DNA from: Candidatus Woesearchaeota archaeon
GTDB lineage: Archaea; Nanobdellota; Nanobdellia; Nanobdellales; CAZNIQ01
Direction: 5' to 3'
Assembly (NCBI GenBank): GCA_964573185.1
Contig: CAZNIQ010000031.1
Span: 1-5,341, forward strand
Length of the DNA stretch: 5,341 nt
Shown: positions 5,161 to 5,341 of the stretch, piece after piece
Layout: each line of letters begins with the position of its first letter
Numbering within the stretch: position 1 is the stretch's first letter
Translations under genes and position numbers: made by a program
The notes under the pieces: model-generated
What the model saw: the letters and a program-made list of their open reading frames with translations, nothing else
Told to the model about the DNA's origin: nothing
The model's database searches: none

Positions 5161-5341
5161 TTACGATATTCCTTTCTTTATTAGTTTTTTACTACACTCT
5201 TTCACGACTTTATAAAAAGATAATCCATATTTATAGCTTAAGTATTCGATACAGTTTGAAATTATTGCCATGAATCTAACAAATCCGATATTGCTTTTTT
5301 CAGACGTTAAGTAATTCCCTTCAACTTCTAAAATCGATTTA
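5161..5341 (-). CDS. 3' end of an upstream CDS entering from beyond the window (C-terminus ...EGNYLTSEKSNIGFVRFMAIISNCIEYLSYKYGLSFYKVVKECSKKLIKKGIS*). Hypothetical.
   Basis: I translated this by hand. The minus-strand frame is open from the window edge (5340) to the TAA at 5163..5161, giving 59 sense codons. It is on the same strand as the cluster and 43 nt upstream of the GT9 start. It is absent from the supplied track, presumably because it is truncated or short. I recognise no family motif. Confidence 0.5.
   Translation of the reverse strand, partial: KSILEVEGNYLTSEKSNIGFVRFMAIISNCIEYLSYKYGLSFYKVVKECSKKLIKKGIS

Noticed and set aside
2911-5341. A RiPP (sactipeptide, ranthipeptide or glycocin-like) cluster with the rSAM/SPASM enzyme as peptide maturase
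   Set aside because: The rSAM has no N-terminal RRE-sized extension, and no Cys-rich small ORF with an RBS is visible in the window. The internal ATG at 5271..5269 would give a 36-aa peptide. It has no SD, and its frame is open upstream to the window edge, so it looks like the C-terminus of a larger protein. A precursor gene outside the window cannot be excluded.
1-5341. CRISPR arrays, tRNA/rRNA genes, IS elements, integrase or att sites, and long direct or inverted repeats
   Set aside because: Coding on one strand occupies nearly the whole window, and the non-coding gaps are 26 nt, 1 nt and 43 nt. I could not see any spaced repeats, terminal inverted repeats or cloverleaf-capable segments by eye. 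A computational repeat scan would be needed for certainty.

Overview
This is an AT-rich window; from a few hand-sampled lines I estimate well under one-third G+C. Nearly all of it is coding on the minus strand. Three complete ORFs are packed with almost no spacing and read, in transcription order: (1) 5117..4029, a family-9 (heptosyltransferase-like, GT-B) glycosyltransferase; (2) 4038..2911, a radical SAM enzyme with a CX3CX2C cluster motif and a cysteine-poor SPASM/twitch-like C-terminal domain; (3) 2909..81, a 942-aa polytopic membrane protein. The third protein has about a dozen N-terminal TM helices, a roughly 465-aa extracytoplasmic domain, one C-terminal TM anchor and a basic tail, which is the layout of GT-C-type (YfhO / AftD-DUF3367-like) glycosyltransferases. 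Two partial minus-strand ORFs not on the supplied track run off the edges: the 3' end of an upstream gene (5341..5161) and the 5' end of a downstream gene (54..1). The cluster therefore extends beyond the window on both sides. I see no tRNA or rRNA, CRISPR array, IS or transposon ends, long repeats or clear terminator. The most interesting reading is a tightly coupled GT9 + radical SAM/SPASM + giant GT-C-like membrane protein cassette, a candidate uncharacterised envelope-glycan or glycoconjugate modification module. All 15 N-X-S/T sequons of the membrane protein fall in its predicted external domain, which hints at an N-glycosylating, possibly archaeal, host where a GT9 enzyme would be out of its usual LPS context. 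All family calls rest on motifs recognised by eye; no database search was run.
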